Assembly: GCA_963514005.1 (NCBI GenBank) | Contig: OY740783.1 | Span: 128,898,001 to 128,962,000, forward strand | DNA: 64,000 nt | Source of the DNA: Raja brachyura | Lineage: Eukaryota | Direction: 5' to 3' | Part shown: positions 1 to 12,420 of the stretch, piece after piece | Layout of the letters: each line of letters begins with the position of its first letter | How positions within the stretch are numbered: position 1 is the stretch's first letter | Notes under the pieces: generated by a model | What the model saw: the letters and a program-made list of their open reading frames with translations, nothing else | What the model was told of the DNA's origin: nothing | The model's database searches: none | Made by a program: the position numbers and the translations under genes

Positions 1-503
1 GAAACTCTGGTCAGTATCTAACCGGGTCTCTGGCGCAGCTAGGTAGCAACTCTACCACGGTGCCGCTCCTATGTGCGCACGCTGTTCCTTGCGTTTTGCG
101 TCAGCAATGTACGTACTCTGAAAACATGCAGAATAATAGATAATATAGGACACTGGTGACAAGGCAAAGCTGACGCTGGTTTCTCGTCACGGGGCAACGC
201 ACGGCTCTCCCTCCTGCCGTCTCCATTGAAATCAATAGCAAAAATTAAAGCAGGCAGTTGAGTCACGAGCAGATGCTTTGCAAAAAGTAAGCGGAGAATT
301 CAGCGATTCCCACAGAACGACACGGCGATCAACTGTGACATTTATGAAACCAGATGAAATTTTCAGTGGGTACGATGGCATCTGTAACGAAAGATTGCGG
401 ATCGTAGGTGCGGCGCCAGGTCGGTGGAAATTTTCAGTACAGGACGGCCGGTTGGATGTACACTGTGTTCGAAAATTTGGTCCTCCCATCCTCCTGCAAT
501 CTA

Positions 504-519
504 TCAGTCTCGACCATTT
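504..519 (-). pseudogene. Copy 0 terminal coding exon, (R)NGRD*
   Basis: Acceptor atgtccattgcag|A AAT GGT CGA GAC TGA, phase 2. It has 16 coding nt, the same as the plus copies, and shares the upstream intronic 12-mer gtacaaattacc (560-571, minus) with 15781 and ~40993. Confidence 0.65.
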
Positions 520-660
520 CTGCAATGGACATAAAGAACATGACCTGGGTGAGTGGGTGGGTAATTTGTACAAATATGACCACTCAGTGAATGCCAGCAG
601 AAATCCTTGACGGGGGCTTGGTCCGGGACTTCAACTGAACTCTTCAGAACGTAGACTCTT

Positions 661-850
661 CGGCGGCGCAGTGGCGCAGCGGTGGAGGTGCTGCCTTGCA
701 GTGTCAAACAACCGGATAGATCCTGACTACGGGTGCTGTCTGTTTGGAGTGTGCACCGCGTGGGTTTTCTCCGGGAGCTCCGTTTCTCCAGGTTTGTTGG
801 TTAATTGCTGATGTAATCTCGCAAATTGTCCCTAGTGTGTCGCATAGTAC
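661..850 (+). mobile_element. tRNA-derived V-SINE (HE1-like)
   Basis: tRNA-like head gtggcgcagcggtggaggtgctgcc followed by V-domain-like core tgtttggagt...gcgtgggttttctccgg. A minus-strand head fragment of the same family lies at 1-66. Confidence 0.75.
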
Positions 851-859
851 TATTGTTCA

Positions 860-1420
860 TCCTTCCCACTAGATCCTCGGTCCCCTAGTATTTATAGGAG
901 ATTGTTTTTTGTCTTCCTTAGTGAAGACATTCCTTAGTGGGACCTACATTTTTCTTGACAAATGTTTTCTACTTCACACACTCTACAGAAGATTTTACAG
1001 TCCGTTTTTTTCACCGTAAGCTTTCTCTCATGCTCCAATAACCCCTTTGGCCTCCTCTATTCAATTCGAAATTTCTCGCAGTCCTGTGTGCCTCTCCCTT
1101 GGATTAGCCTGTCCTTAATTTCCTTTGTTAGCCACCTTGATCCTTCTTCCCTGTTTTATGTTTCCGCCAGACATGGATGAACAATTGTAATTCATCCATT
1201 CGATCTTTAAATCTTTGCCATTGCATCTCCACCGTCAACTCTAATAGTACCATTTGCCAGTCAATCCTTGCCAATCCCCCGTCTCCTACCGTCAGTTTCC
1301 TATCTTTAAATTCACGTCCCCTAGTCTCTGAATTAAGCGTGTCGCTCTCCATCTTAATGCCGAATGCCACCATATTATGGTTGCTATCCCAAACGGCTTT
1401 GCACAACTGGATACGCGACC
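860..1420 (-). mobile_element. CR1-clade LINE ORF2 fragment
   Basis: ORF 1128-1406 (SNHNMVAF...LARIDWQMVL...QWQRFK) resembles the CR1 post-endonuclease region also seen at 57287-57508. Confidence 0.7.
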
Positions 1421-2000
1421 CAGTCTAATTCGCATTTTAAACGGGGATTTTAATAGATTTGTTTTCACCGAATTTAAAAACATGGGGGGGGGGGGGGGGG
1501 GGGAGGGGGGGGGGGAGGGGGGGGGGGCAGTGGACGAAAGAAGAACAATTAAAATAAGACAACTTATTGGTACAATAAGACCGCTACTCTCCCCATTAGT
1601 AGGCAGCACTGACGGGATTTCGATCGAGGCTTCAACTGAGCGTACATTTTACTTCAAAACAAAATTTAAGTTTGACACGGAATTGCATGCGCTCAACATC
1701 GTTGATGATATTGTCGGTGTGATAGTGAGGAGATAGGCCTCGGCTACATGATGATGTTGATCTGATGGTGAAATGGGCAAGCGAATGGCAAGTACAGATT
1801 AATATCGACAGGTGGAAGATAAAACATTTTGTTTCGACGACTTACCCAACCAACGTGGGCGTCCAGGATTGTACCGGGGGCGGGGGATGGGGGAGGGGGG
1901 GTTAGAGTGACCTTGATTTACAAATCTAAAAGGGCAAGGGCATAGCATTGGAGATCAAGAACGGACCGAAATTGGAAACGCGCGATCATAATCTTGCAGA

Positions 2001-2780
2001 TTAAACTGGAAAGAATGGATCGACTGGGCTTATATTCACTGGAATTTAGGAAGTGAGGGGATCTCATAGAAACACATGAAGTTCTTAACGAATTGAACAG
2101 GGTAGATGCAGGAAAAAAGTTCCCCAAGTTGGGAGAATCCAGAACCAAGGGTCACAGTTTAAGAATAAGGGGTATGCCATTTGGGACTGAGATAAGGAAA
2201 AACGTGTTCACCCAGAGAGTTGTGAATCTGTGCAATTCTCTGCCACAGAAGGCAGTGGAGGTCAATTCACTGGATGTTTTCAAGAGAGAGTTTGATATAA
2301 ATCTTAGGCTGAAGGAATCAATGGATGTGGGGAGAAAGCGGGAACAGGGTACTGATTTTGGATGATCAGTCATGATCACATTCAATGATGGCGCTAGCTC
2401 GCATCTACCCTGTTCAATTCCTTAAGCATTTCATGTGTTTCTCTGAGATCCCCTCTCTTCCTAAATTCCAGTGAACATAAGCCAGTCGATCCATTCTTTC
2501 CAGTTTAATATAACCATATAACCATATAACAATTACAGCACGGAAACAGGCCATCTCGGCCCTTCAAGTCCGTGCCGAACAACTTTTATCCCTTAGTTCC
2601 ACCTGCCTGCACTCATACCATAACCCTCCATACCCTTCTCATCCATATGCCTATCCAATTTATTTTTAAATGATACCAACGAACCTGCCGCCACCACTTC
2701 CACTGGAAGCTCATTCCACACCATCTGCAATCTGCAATGGCCTACATCTGCACCTATTTTCTATATCTCTACGTTTCTAT
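2001..2780 (+). mobile_element. CR1 3' end with an internal inverted duplication and a nested minus-strand LINE tail (2509-2722)
   Basis: ORF 2093-2365 (ESRTKGHSLRIRG...FTQRVVNLCNSLPQ); tail ctatatctctacgtttctat; 2401-2508 is the reverse complement of 2001-2109. Confidence 0.8.
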
Positions 2781-3330
2781 GCAAGCCAGAGAAGAAAGAT
2801 GGTTTTGGAGACTGAGCCATGATCCTAACATGTAAGCGAGGTTTTGCCTCGGGAGCCGGATTGTGTAGACCAGGACAACAGATTTACTCTTGGTTTGAAC
2901 TGAGTTGGCTAATCCCAGCTGCGGATACAGTTAGGTCTCCTCATGTCAATTCATTTGAGATGAGGAGGGAAACAGTGCCCAGGTGTACTGCCTCTGCGCG
3001 GTGTCAGTGATTCAGCTGGCACGAATTATATGCTCGCATTTATCAGATTCATTCAACATGGCAAATATCCCAACGTGCTGAAAAGTTGTTTTAAGTTTGA
3101 AGTACATCACTATTGGAATTTGGAAAGGGCAATTGGAAATGTCCGAACAGCAAATTGCTGCAGTCAACTACAATATAATAACCACTCCTTCATCGCGTGT
3201 CATTAGTTGCAACAAATACTGGTTCATCTGGATGCCATCGAGTGAGTAAATCACTTCCCGACACGTAAAGAGCATCACGTTATTTATCTTTTACTCACTT
3301 AAATGCAAGCATATTCATAACGTTACTTAC

Positions 3331-3432
3331 CTCACTTTGTCACATAATATAAAACGAACCACATCACTAACAGGGCAAGGATTGACAATCCTAGTGGCAT
3401 GCACAAGATCAAAACGGGGGACATCTGTGGAA
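3331..3432 (-). pseudogene. Copy 0 transmembrane exon, (V)PQMSPVLILCMPLGLSILALLVMWFVLYY; no charged residue
   Basis: Polypyrimidine acceptor ctctctcattctctattcag| and donor gag|gtaagt. Aligns to the TM exons at 14857 and 40068. Restoring 1 nt gives ...YY(R)DKV with a phase-2 end; as it stands it reads VTK*. Confidence 0.8.
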
Positions 3433-3597
3433 CTGAATAGAGAATGAGAGAGGTCAAACCAGATTCGAAGGTTTTTCCATAACCTAGGTGAGGACCTTTC
3501 CTCTTCTCAGTACTAAATAATCTATGCATTAAACCGCGACCCATGGTCCGAGATTCTTCAGTCAGGGGAAAGATCCTCCCTTCATGTACACTCTCAA

Positions 3598-3861
3598 TGA
3601 GATGAGAAGGACTTTTTTCACACGGAGAGTAGTGGGTCTCTGGAACTCTCTGCCACAGAGGGTAGTTGAGGCCAGTTAATTGGCTATATTTAAGAGGGAG
3701 TTAGATGCGGCCCTTGTGGCTAAGGGGATCAGAGGGTATGGAGAGAAGGCAGGTACGGGACACTGAGTTGGATGATCAGCCATGATCATATTGAATGGCG
3801 GTGCAGGCTCCAAGGGCCGAATGGCCTACTCCTGCACCTAATTTCTATGTTTCTATGTTTC
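3598..3861 (+). mobile_element. CR1 LINE 3' end
   Basis: gatgatcagccatgatcatattgaatggcggtgcaggctc...atttctatgtttctatgtttc octamer tail. Confidence 0.85.
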
Positions 3862-4795
3862 AAACTCAGTAAGAATTTGGCAATTTCACACATATCACCC
3901 CGCATTCACCTACCCGTTCGAGAACACAGTTCTGGGCTGCACAATCTTCCAACGATCTAAATTAACCTGTCATTATTGGAAGTTCAGTGCATCTTCATCG
4001 CACTCGACAACAACTATATTTGTATGAAGCAAAACCCAAAATGCCAAAATAACTCACCCGGTCAGGCAGCATCTGTGGAGGCAATGTAATATTTTTGGAG
4101 GCAGACGACCGGCGACGTTTACTGTCGGGATTCTTATTCAGAACAATTGGATTAGCGGGAGGAAGGGTGGAAATGAGAGGTGGGGCGGGACAAAGCCTAG
4201 CAAGTGATAGCTGGCTACATATGAAGAGGAAGGGTTTGGTAATCTTTACTGTAGTTCAGAACATTAAAGTTCAACATGTCTGTCGGCGAGGTCTCATCAA
4301 CATCCAATATAATTGCAATAAACATATTTACTCGCGTGTACAAGTATTATCATAATATAAATCAACAAATTGGAGCATTTCTGTTCACTTCTACATCTGT
4401 CAATGGATTAACAAAAACAACTTGTGCAGCGGGCGGCGGATCCCGTGTCTTTGAGGAGAGGACCCGGCTGCGGTCGCGGACGATGACGGGCAAGCTCCCG
4501 TGAGTATAGAAGGTCGGACGGGCCGCGGGGGTGCCGGGTGCACCGCAGAGAATAAAGGAAATCCCGGCGTGCGGAACCCGGCGTAGGGATCCCGGCGTGA
4601 CCTTGGTTTAACGTCCTGGTCACTGGAGGCGCCCTGGCTGTCGCGACAAGAAAGCTGCCCCAAGACACTGTGGAGGACATTGGCTACACGGACGCGAGGT
4701 TCGGCTCGTTGAGCCCTAAGAGACGGGGTTTCCTGTTCCCCTCCCTCCATCTACACCCTCGCTGTACACTGCAGACTGTGGCGATGATTTCTTAT

Positions 4796-4915
4796 CGGGT
4801 GCGAACCGCAGCCGGAGCTCACGCTGGGACAGATGGATTAATAGGGGGAGTACGTTGTGAAAGTAACTGTACTCATCCGGTTTGTTGATCACAACCGGAC
4901 ACAGTACTGTTGTCA
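4796..4915 (-). pseudogene. Relic 3' third of an additional V-B exon (CPVVINKPDEYSYFHNVLPLLIHLSQRELRLRFAP)
   Basis: Aligns to the F-G region of V-B. The donor is mutated (g|ataagaaatc vs g|gtaagaaac). The downstream intron (4680-4795) is homologous to those after the other V-B exons. Confidence 0.7.
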
Positions 4916-5142
4916 GATGTTATTCGGGAGAAGGTAGTGGAATGGTGTAAGGATGGAGATATAGATCAGCCAATGGAATAGACTTGATGGGCCGAATGGC
5001 CTGATGATACTGCTATTCCTCAAGACCTTACGAGGCGAGTCTGCGTTCGCTAAGCCCAGAGAGACAGGGTTTCCGGTTCCTGCTCCTCTCCCTCGCTCAC
5101 CACCCTCGCTGTGTACGGCATAATGTGCTGATAGTTTCTTAC

Positions 5143-5544
5143 CAGCTGTGACCCACAGGCGGACCTCACTCTGCGTCAGATGGATAAACGGCGGGTGTAC
5201 TGCGGGGTTATGGGTTGGGGGCCATGCAGGGCGGAAGTAATCCGGTTTCCTGATATCCACCAGACACAGGTAGTCGTCACTATCCTCCCCACTCAGCTGC
5301 TTTATCCTGGTTGAGGCGCTTCCCCGCTTTGGGTTCCCGACCAGCTGGAACCGAGTTGCACCGTTCTCCGCCGTCCAGGATCCATCAGCTTGGGGTCTGA
5401 ACGCGACGATGTGCCGGTAGGGGTCCTTCCTCATCCATGTGACTTTGTGTAGAGTGTGGTCGAATGCAGGCGGTGGGAACACACGGGGTAACGTCCCCTC
5501 AGTCCCCTCAGTCCCAGTCACCACTGAGACATTCACGACAGCAG
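5143..5544 (-). pseudogene. Copy 0 V-set Ig exon B (402 nt, open frame, B-strand Cys replaced by Arg)
   Basis: ttcttcactcag|CT...GCTG|gtaaga, phase 1-1. Reads AAVVNVSVVTGTEGTEGTLPRVF...VTWMRK...RFQLVGNPKRGSASTRIKQLSGEDSDDYLC, with V-set W, RF and DxxxYxC motifs. Confidence 0.85.
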
Positions 5545-5699
5545 CTGAGTGAAGAACATACAGCAGAAAGTAAGTGGGGCCTCGACCCGAAACGTAACCC
5601 ATTCCTTCTTTCCAGAGACGCTGTCTGTCCCGCTGAGTTACTCCATGATTGAAGTCACCCGCAACAATGAAGGCTGCCTCGGGCACCCGATGATCTATA

Positions 5700-6450
5700 A
5701 TTCTTGTTTGCCCTAACCGAGGGGAAAAATATAATATGTATTCACGCTGTCTATTCCTTTCGTGATTTTATACGTTCTAAAAATATCACCCTGTGCTCCC
5801 AGCACTGAAGCCTAGAGCTGTCAAACCTCTTCCTCGAGTTCTGGAACATCCTTATCAATGACTGTATTCTTTCCAGCATATTGGCATATTTCCTGTAGCA
5901 GAGTGACCAAAACTGCGTGGGATACTCCACGTGGGAACTCACCAACATATTATAAAACTGCAACATTACAAACCGACGTCTATATTCAATGTTCCATATT
6001 CTATATTCTAGCTTTACAATACGCATCTCTTCAATACGTTTTTCTCACACCTTTAGCATTTTGGACTCTGGTCTTTGTCCAACCATCATCCTATCTAATA
6101 ACTTGCCTCAACCGTGTCAGCCTATTACGTACCAGGCTTTGTCCTGCCCCTCATCTCTTCCTGCATTCTTTCTCCTCCTCTACAATCAGTCTGATGAAGG
6201 GTTCCGACCCTAAACGTCGTATATCCATGTTATCGTGGGATAGTACATTACCCTTTGAGCTACGGCAGCACTCTGTGTCCTCTTTTGTAAAACAGCATCT
6301 GCAGTTATATTATCTGTATTCAATGCCCTGCCTGTTGAATGCCAGTGAGCCAAAACCATTGTTCATCACAGTGTCTATATTTGACGTCACTTTCGGGGAG
6401 CTATGTATTTGTACTGCAATGTACTTTGTTGTACATCAATCTCCAGGCCC
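5700..6450 (-). mobile_element. Degenerate CR1 RT fragment with a nested Penelope 3' relic (~6035-6310)
   Basis: ORF 5751-6026 (VMLQFYNMLVSSHVEYPTQFWS). The nested piece has a ctgatgaagggttccgaccc hammerhead-like core. Confidence 0.65.
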
Positions 6451-6929
6451 TATTCAATGTGGAAACCTCCCAAACTGCAGAAACTCGCACAAGATCCAGA
6501 AGGTATTCTTGATATGCTTCTGAACTGCGTAGGAATGAACTGCAGTTACTGGTTTACACCGAAGTTACACACACAGAGCTGGAGTAGCTCGGCGAGTCAG
6601 ACAGCATCTCTGGAGAGAAGGAATAGGCGATGTTTTGAGACGAGGCTGAAGGCTAGTCTGAAAAGTCTGACCGGAAACAATAGATAATGTGTGCAGGAGT
6701 AGGCCATTCGGCCCTTCGAGATTGTACCTCCATTCAATGTGATCATGGCTGATCATCCAGAATCGGTTCCCAGTTCCTACCCTCACCCCATATCCCCTGA
6801 CTCTGCTATCTCACCCCTTGAGTCACCTCTTGTGTCCGAAGAAGGGCCTCGACCCAGAACATCATCAATTCCTTTTCTCCAGAGTCGCTGTCTGACCCGC
6901 CGAGTTGCTCCAATGTTTGTGCTTGTCAT

Positions 6930-7545
6930 CCTCCTGCACTGTCTACAATATCACATCTTCTACAGGGGTACCATCGACAGTATGTTGACCTACGGCATCA
7001 CTTCCTGGTTTGGGAACTGCAGGGCTTATGAAGAAAAACAACTTAACAGGATAGTGAAGACAACCAGTAGGATCATCGGTGCTCCACTCCCTTTCCTGTT
7101 GGACACCGATCAGAAGCGTAGCATCCGTAAAGCCATCTCCATTATTAAGGACCCACATCACCCATCACATAACATCTTCTCCATTCTGACATCTGGGAAG
7201 GGGTACAGGAGCATCAGCTGCAAAACCAGCAGGATGCTACACAGCTTCTTCCCACAGGCAATAAGACTGGGTAACGTACTGCGTCCCCTCCCCATACATC
7301 ATACACCGAATCATCTAACCTCGCCCATACTTTGACAGCTGGGCACCTAGGCCGGCTAGGTTCGGTCTGAATGGCTTTATTTTAGTTCAAATTTTTGGCT
7401 TACTTTTAGATATGTAATTTTTTTTAAGTTGTATGTATTTATTCTGTTTTTATTAACTGCACTGGTGGAAACAGATTGCGAAACAATTTTTCTTTTCTTC
7501 TGTGTATGTAAGTATGTAAAATGACATTAAAGTAAATACTGAATA
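6930..7545 (+). mobile_element. Rex1/Babar-type LINE 3' fragment
   Basis: FYRGTIDSMLTYGITSWFGNC...IKDPHHPSH...SFFPQAIRL C-terminal motif, then a 3'UTR ending aatgacattaaag. Confidence 0.8.
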
Positions 7546-8170
7546 CATATTTTAGCGTCATCATCCAAATTCCTAGGGTATGCCTTGTGCATTTTCATCC
7601 AATATCGTTGATACTGACAACCAACAGCAATGGGTCCAGCAACAATCTCTAAAGCACAAGTCTGGTCACATGCCTCCAGTCTAAGAGCCAAACACCGACA
7701 CCCTCTGCTGCCCTCTATGAGGACAACTATTCATCCAATTCCCTTACGCTCCATGGATCCCACTGATTTGACCTTTTAGAGCAGCCTACCATGCGGATTA
7801 TTATCAAATGCCTTGCTAAAGGCCATGTAGGTTCCGAATAGGCCGTTCCTGCCTTATCCTGGAACACATTACACCCTATATCCTGCATCTCTGCACTGTG
7901 GGTGGCTTGATAATAAATATGTATCGTCTTTCCGCTGACTGGATAGCACGCAACGAAAATGCTTTTCATTGTACCTCGGTACACGTGACAATAATAAACT
8001 AAACTAAACTAAACTAAATTCTGCTGTGGGATGGATTGCAAAGGGATCAAGTGCGGAACCGGCACATCTAACATGGGGCCGAACAACACTTATTGATCAT
8101 TCAGTGCCCTGTGGAAACTTTTGGCCCGGCTATGTGGGGGCAATTACAGCCTCTAAGCATTGTTCCTCAC

Positions 8171-8448
8171 CTCTTACAGTAAGACATGTTGGAACCACAG
8201 AGTGAAGTTTTCCAATGTTGAGTTCCACACGGCATCAATACATAGCATCGTCGTCTTCCAGGCTCAGTCGCTCCACCATTATCGAGGCATCCCTCTGCCT
8301 GGGGTTCCCCACGAATCTGAACCAACCACTTCCTGTCGCCGGCGTCACTTCTTCGCCGCTGCAGCGGTCAGGACTTAGATATGTACAGTTAAACACAAGG
8401 TGGTCACCCCCTGATTTCCTCCTGTACCACAACACGGAGCCGGTGAGG
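8171..8448 (-). pseudogene. Copy 0 V-set Ig exon A (Siglec-15-like), 5' end truncated by the gap, in-frame stop
   Basis: LTGSVLWYRRKSGGDHLVFNCTY...FRFVGNPRQRDASIMVERLSLEDDDAMY*CRVELNIGKLHSVVPTCLTVR, donor g|gtgagg. TGA at 8235-8237 where paralogs have Arg, probably CpG decay. Confidence 0.85.
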
Positions 8449-8648
8449 NNNNNNNNNNNNNNNNNNNNNNNNNNNNNNNNNNNNNNNNNNNNNNNNNNNN
8501 NNNNNNNNNNNNNNNNNNNNNNNNNNNNNNNNNNNNNNNNNNNNNNNNNNNNNNNNNNNNNNNNNNNNNNNNNNNNNNNNNNNNNNNNNNNNNNNNNNNN
8601 NNNNNNNNNNNNNNNNNNNNNNNNNNNNNNNNNNNNNNNNNNNNNNNN
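8449..8648. other. Assembly gap (200 N)
   Basis: Run of N. Confidence 1.
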
Positions 8649-11600
8649 AACTTAGAAAGCGAGAGGACGAAAAAATGATACATAGAATTAGATCTGAGAA
8701 TGGCAATATATCGACCTTACCAAAAGATATCAATGATATATTTTTACAATATTATCAAAGTCTTTATTCATCAAAAATAACAGGACAAATGGATGAAATG
8801 GATACATTTCTACAAAAATGTAATATTAACAGCTTAGATCAGGGAGGTAGAGACTTGTTAAATGCGGATATATCAATAAAAGATATTGAGGAGTCAATCG
8901 GATCATTAAATAATGGAAAAGCAGCGGGCCCGGATGGCCTGAGTACAGAATTATATAAGAAATTTCAAGATCTGATCTCCCCAAGATTACATGCAGTGTA
9001 TAAATATACATATGAACAAGGAAAATTGCCGGAATCCCTAAATGAATCTACAATTACACTAATTCCTAAGGTTGACAAGGACTTGGAAGACCCAGGATCA
9101 TATAGAGCAATTGCTCTTTTAAATACAGATCAAAAAATTTTAGCTAAAGTTTTATCACGAAGATTAAGTTTGGTGATTACTAAAATAATACACCATGATC
9201 AAACAGGTTTTATCCCAAAGCGTTACTCATCTTATAATTTGAGACGATTATTTAATATCATATATTCAAAAAGAGTTGGGGATAGGGATTTAGCTGTTAT
9301 GTCCTTAGATGCAGAAAAAGCATTCGATCAGGTTGAATGGCCATATTTATTTAGAATAATGGAGAAATTCCAATTGGGGGATAGATTTTGTAAATGGATA
9401 AGAATTCTATATTCGAATCCCACTGCAAGAATATTAACTAACCAAATATTGTCAGCTAAATTTAAGCTTCATAGGGGTTGTAGACAAGGATGTCCGCTGT
9501 CGCCTTTGTTATTCGCTATGGTGATAGAGCCTTTAGCTGAAAGGATTAGATCTGAACCAGAAATATATGGATATAATACTGATACTACAACTAATAAAAT
9601 ATCTTTATATGCAGATGATGTATTAATTTATATTACAAAACCAGAGATCAGTATACCCAAGCTATTTAATGTTATAACTAAATTTGGCAGATTTTCTGGA
9701 TATAGAATTAACTGGAATAAAAGTGAGATTATGCCTATAACCGGAATAAGATCAAATATATTGCAACAATACCCACTAAAAATAGTTACGGATAAATTTA
9801 AATATTTAGGTACTAATGTATCTAAATCCTATAACTCATTAATTAAATCTAATTATCCCCTATTATTAGATAAACTTAGAAAAAATATTTTATACTGGAA
9901 AACACTTCCTATATCTATGATTGGTAGAATAAATGCTATAAAAATGATCTTTTTACCACAACTGCTATACTTGTTTCAAGCTATTCCTTTCTATCTCCCA
10001 AAGAGTTTTTTTAAAAAAAATAGATAACATTGTCAATAGTTTTATTTGGGATTATAAAAATCATAGAATAAGTAAAAAACATTTATGTAAATCAAAAATA
10101 AATGGAGGATTAGCACTTCCAAATTTTTTGTACTATTTTTGGGCAGTCCAGATTAAGAATATGAATTTTTGGTGGGTAAATTTGGATTACGAACCAACGT
10201 GGTTAAAGATGGAAAAGGAAGATTGTTTACCTTTTAATGTAAGTTCAATTCTTTTTGCGCCAAGAGAAATACAAAATAAAATTTATAGGAACAACCCTAT
10301 AATTCATAGCAATAGACGTATTTGGAAACAAATAGTCAAGACTTTATGTTTGGATAATTTGTCACTTAAACTACCAATTATGAATAACCCTTTATTTAAA
10401 CCCTCTATATTAGATAGGGGGTTTAGACAATGGTAGGATTTAGGAATTTATAGGATTGAACATCTGTATAGAAAGGGAAAATTTCTTTTATTTCATGAGT
10501 TACAAGAAATTTATGGGTTACCACCACATAATTTGTTTAGGTATCTACAAATTAGAGATTATATTAAGTCTAACACATAAGATTATAAAATTAAAGAACC
10601 AGGATTATTAGATGAAGTATTTAATAAACATCCAAATTCAGAAAAATTTATAGCTTATATATATAATCTTATTTTGGATAGGGAGAATCCAACAACAGAA
10701 ATATACCGTCAAGCATGGGAAAATGAAATTGGTTTATCTATAACAAAAGAATCTTGGGAAGAAAGTTTACAACGCATACATCGCTGTTCATTAAACGCGA
10801 GGCATACATTGATAGAATTTAAAGTTTTATATAGGTTACATTATTCAAAAACCAAATTAAATAGAATTTTTCCTAATGTCTCTCCTGTTTGTGATAAATG
10901 TCAGAATTTAGAGGCTAATTTAATACATAGTTTTGTAACGTGTTCAAAACTTAGTTATTATTGGACAGAAATCTTTAGAGTTATATCTGAAGTTCTTAGA
11001 GTTAAACTGGATCCAGAACCAAAGTTAATAATATTAGGAATTCCGGATTCACAATGCGTATTAACAGTAAATCAAAGAATTTTCTTAGATTACTGTTTGA
11101 TAATAGGGAAAAAAATAATATTGAAATTTTGGAAGGGAACATTAACCCCCATAATTAAAATGTGGACAGCAGAGATGTTGGAGACTTTGTATTTGGAAAG
11201 AATCAGATTTGTCCTAATGGACAAATGTGAAATCTTTGAACAAATATGGTCTCCATATATACAATATTTGAAGGGCTAGCTGTTCTTGGCATTACTACTC
11301 AATGGGTACTAGACAGGATTTGACGAAAAAAATATGGATTTTCTAATTGGGTTTTGTGTACACGTCTCCGCAATACGACGTTATAATTACAATACATTTT
11401 GTTGTTTCTATCTTAAATATTCATATTATACCATATATTGTTCATAAAGGGGAATTATATATATATACTGAATAGATATATACTAAGTAGTGTTTGTTTT
11501 CTTTTTCTTTTTTTTTTTTTTTTTTTCTTTGACTTTTTATCTTTTTTTATTATTCAAACACAATCATTTTCTTTCTTTTTTTTTCGATTTAAAGTCTATT

Positions 11601-11752
11601 CCTTTTTTCTTATTCTTTCTTTATTTCTAAAAAACAGAAGATAATAATAGCGAATATGATAGTTGTACATTTACTGAATTACGTTGGTATTTGTAAATTT
11701 GTTTTACTACTTGGAAATTACTACATCTAATAAAAATATTATTAACTAAAAA
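8649..11752 (+). mobile_element. L1-clade LINE: ORF2 reverse transcriptase + CCHC region + 3'UTR
   Basis: ORF 8675-10027 (KAAGPDG, LDAEKAFD, GCRQGCPLSPLLF, YADD); ORF 10674-11279 (CDKC...HSFVTC); T-rich UTR, aataaa and A-rich end; frameshift near 10010 and a stop at 10434. Confidence 0.92.
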
Positions 11753-11919
11753 CTGTTCTCAATAAGATGTCGGTAATGATGACCAGGAGATCGGCCATTG
11801 ACATTCCCACCAGGTAGCGAGTGATGCATTTGGAGAGACCACACTCTCCCCGGGACAGGAACAGAATCGTCAGCAGGTTCACTGCAAACGAAATAAAAAC
11901 AAACAGAAGCAATTCATAG

Positions 11920-12420
11920 CTTAGATCAACGACGACTCATAGACACAATGTACCGCGGACACTGCTTTACCAGAAAAAGGCGAAGCTGCGGTAGTAACTC
12001 CGCGGGTCAGGCAGCATCCCTGGAGAAAATGGATCGACGACGTTTCAGGTCGCCGCCGTCCTTCAGACGGATTATACGGGAAATAAAAGCGGAAGAAAGG
12101 AGATGCAAGACAAAGCATGTCTATCATGTGAACGGAGGCGAGTGGGAAGGCAGCGATGATCGTCGATACGCAGATGTTTGGACGAAGGCGAGAGATGAAA
12201 CTATCAGAACTATTGTTAGAAGAGGACTGAAGAGTTGCTGGAGGATGAGCACAGAGGAAAGAAGTTACGTTAAAGGGATAATTGCAGGGCAGAATTAGGA
12301 GCGAGTACACGTGAGGCACTCGAAAGCTCTTGGCTTCACCGTCGCCTAACGGTCTTCTTCAAGGATGTTGCCTCACGTGTTGAGTTACTCCTGCACGTAG
12401 TGCGTCTTTCTTTCAAACAA
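11920..12420 (-). mobile_element. Degenerate Penelope-type terminal repeat relic
   Basis: gtaactccgcgggtcaggcagcatccctggag...gacgtttcagg...cttcagac matches the pLTR at 30020-30115. Confidence 0.55.

Larger units (their letters stand above)
504..8448 (-). pseudogene. Receptor gene copy 0 (Siglec-15-like V-A + V-B + TM + short tail), disabled; 5' part runs into the assembly gap
   Basis: Four colinear minus-strand exons with compatible splice phases (8171-8448, 5143-5544, 3331-3432, 504-519), each homologous to a plus-strand exon. In-frame TGA in V-A, Cys>Arg in V-B, 1-nt deletion in the TM exon. Confidence 0.8.

Noticed and set aside
661-740. tRNA genes at the SINE heads
   Set aside because: Degenerate tRNA-derived SINE 5' regions followed by the V-SINE core; no complete cloverleaf.
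1484-1528. Long G and C homopolymer runs (also 34880-34920, 43520, 55990, 57908)
   Set aside because: Low-complexity runs prone to sequencing error; the Gly/Pro-rich ORFs across them are not credible.
2909-2918. Alternative terminal exon for copy 0 (tgtatccgcag|C TGG GAT TAG, minus strand)
   Set aside because: The acceptor is plausible, but 504-519 matches the paralogous exon in coding length, sequence and upstream intron motif.
4400-4680. CpG-rich ORFs between V-B and TM of copy 0 as an extra exon
   Set aside because: No Ig or TM motif in any frame and no homolog in the plus-strand copies.
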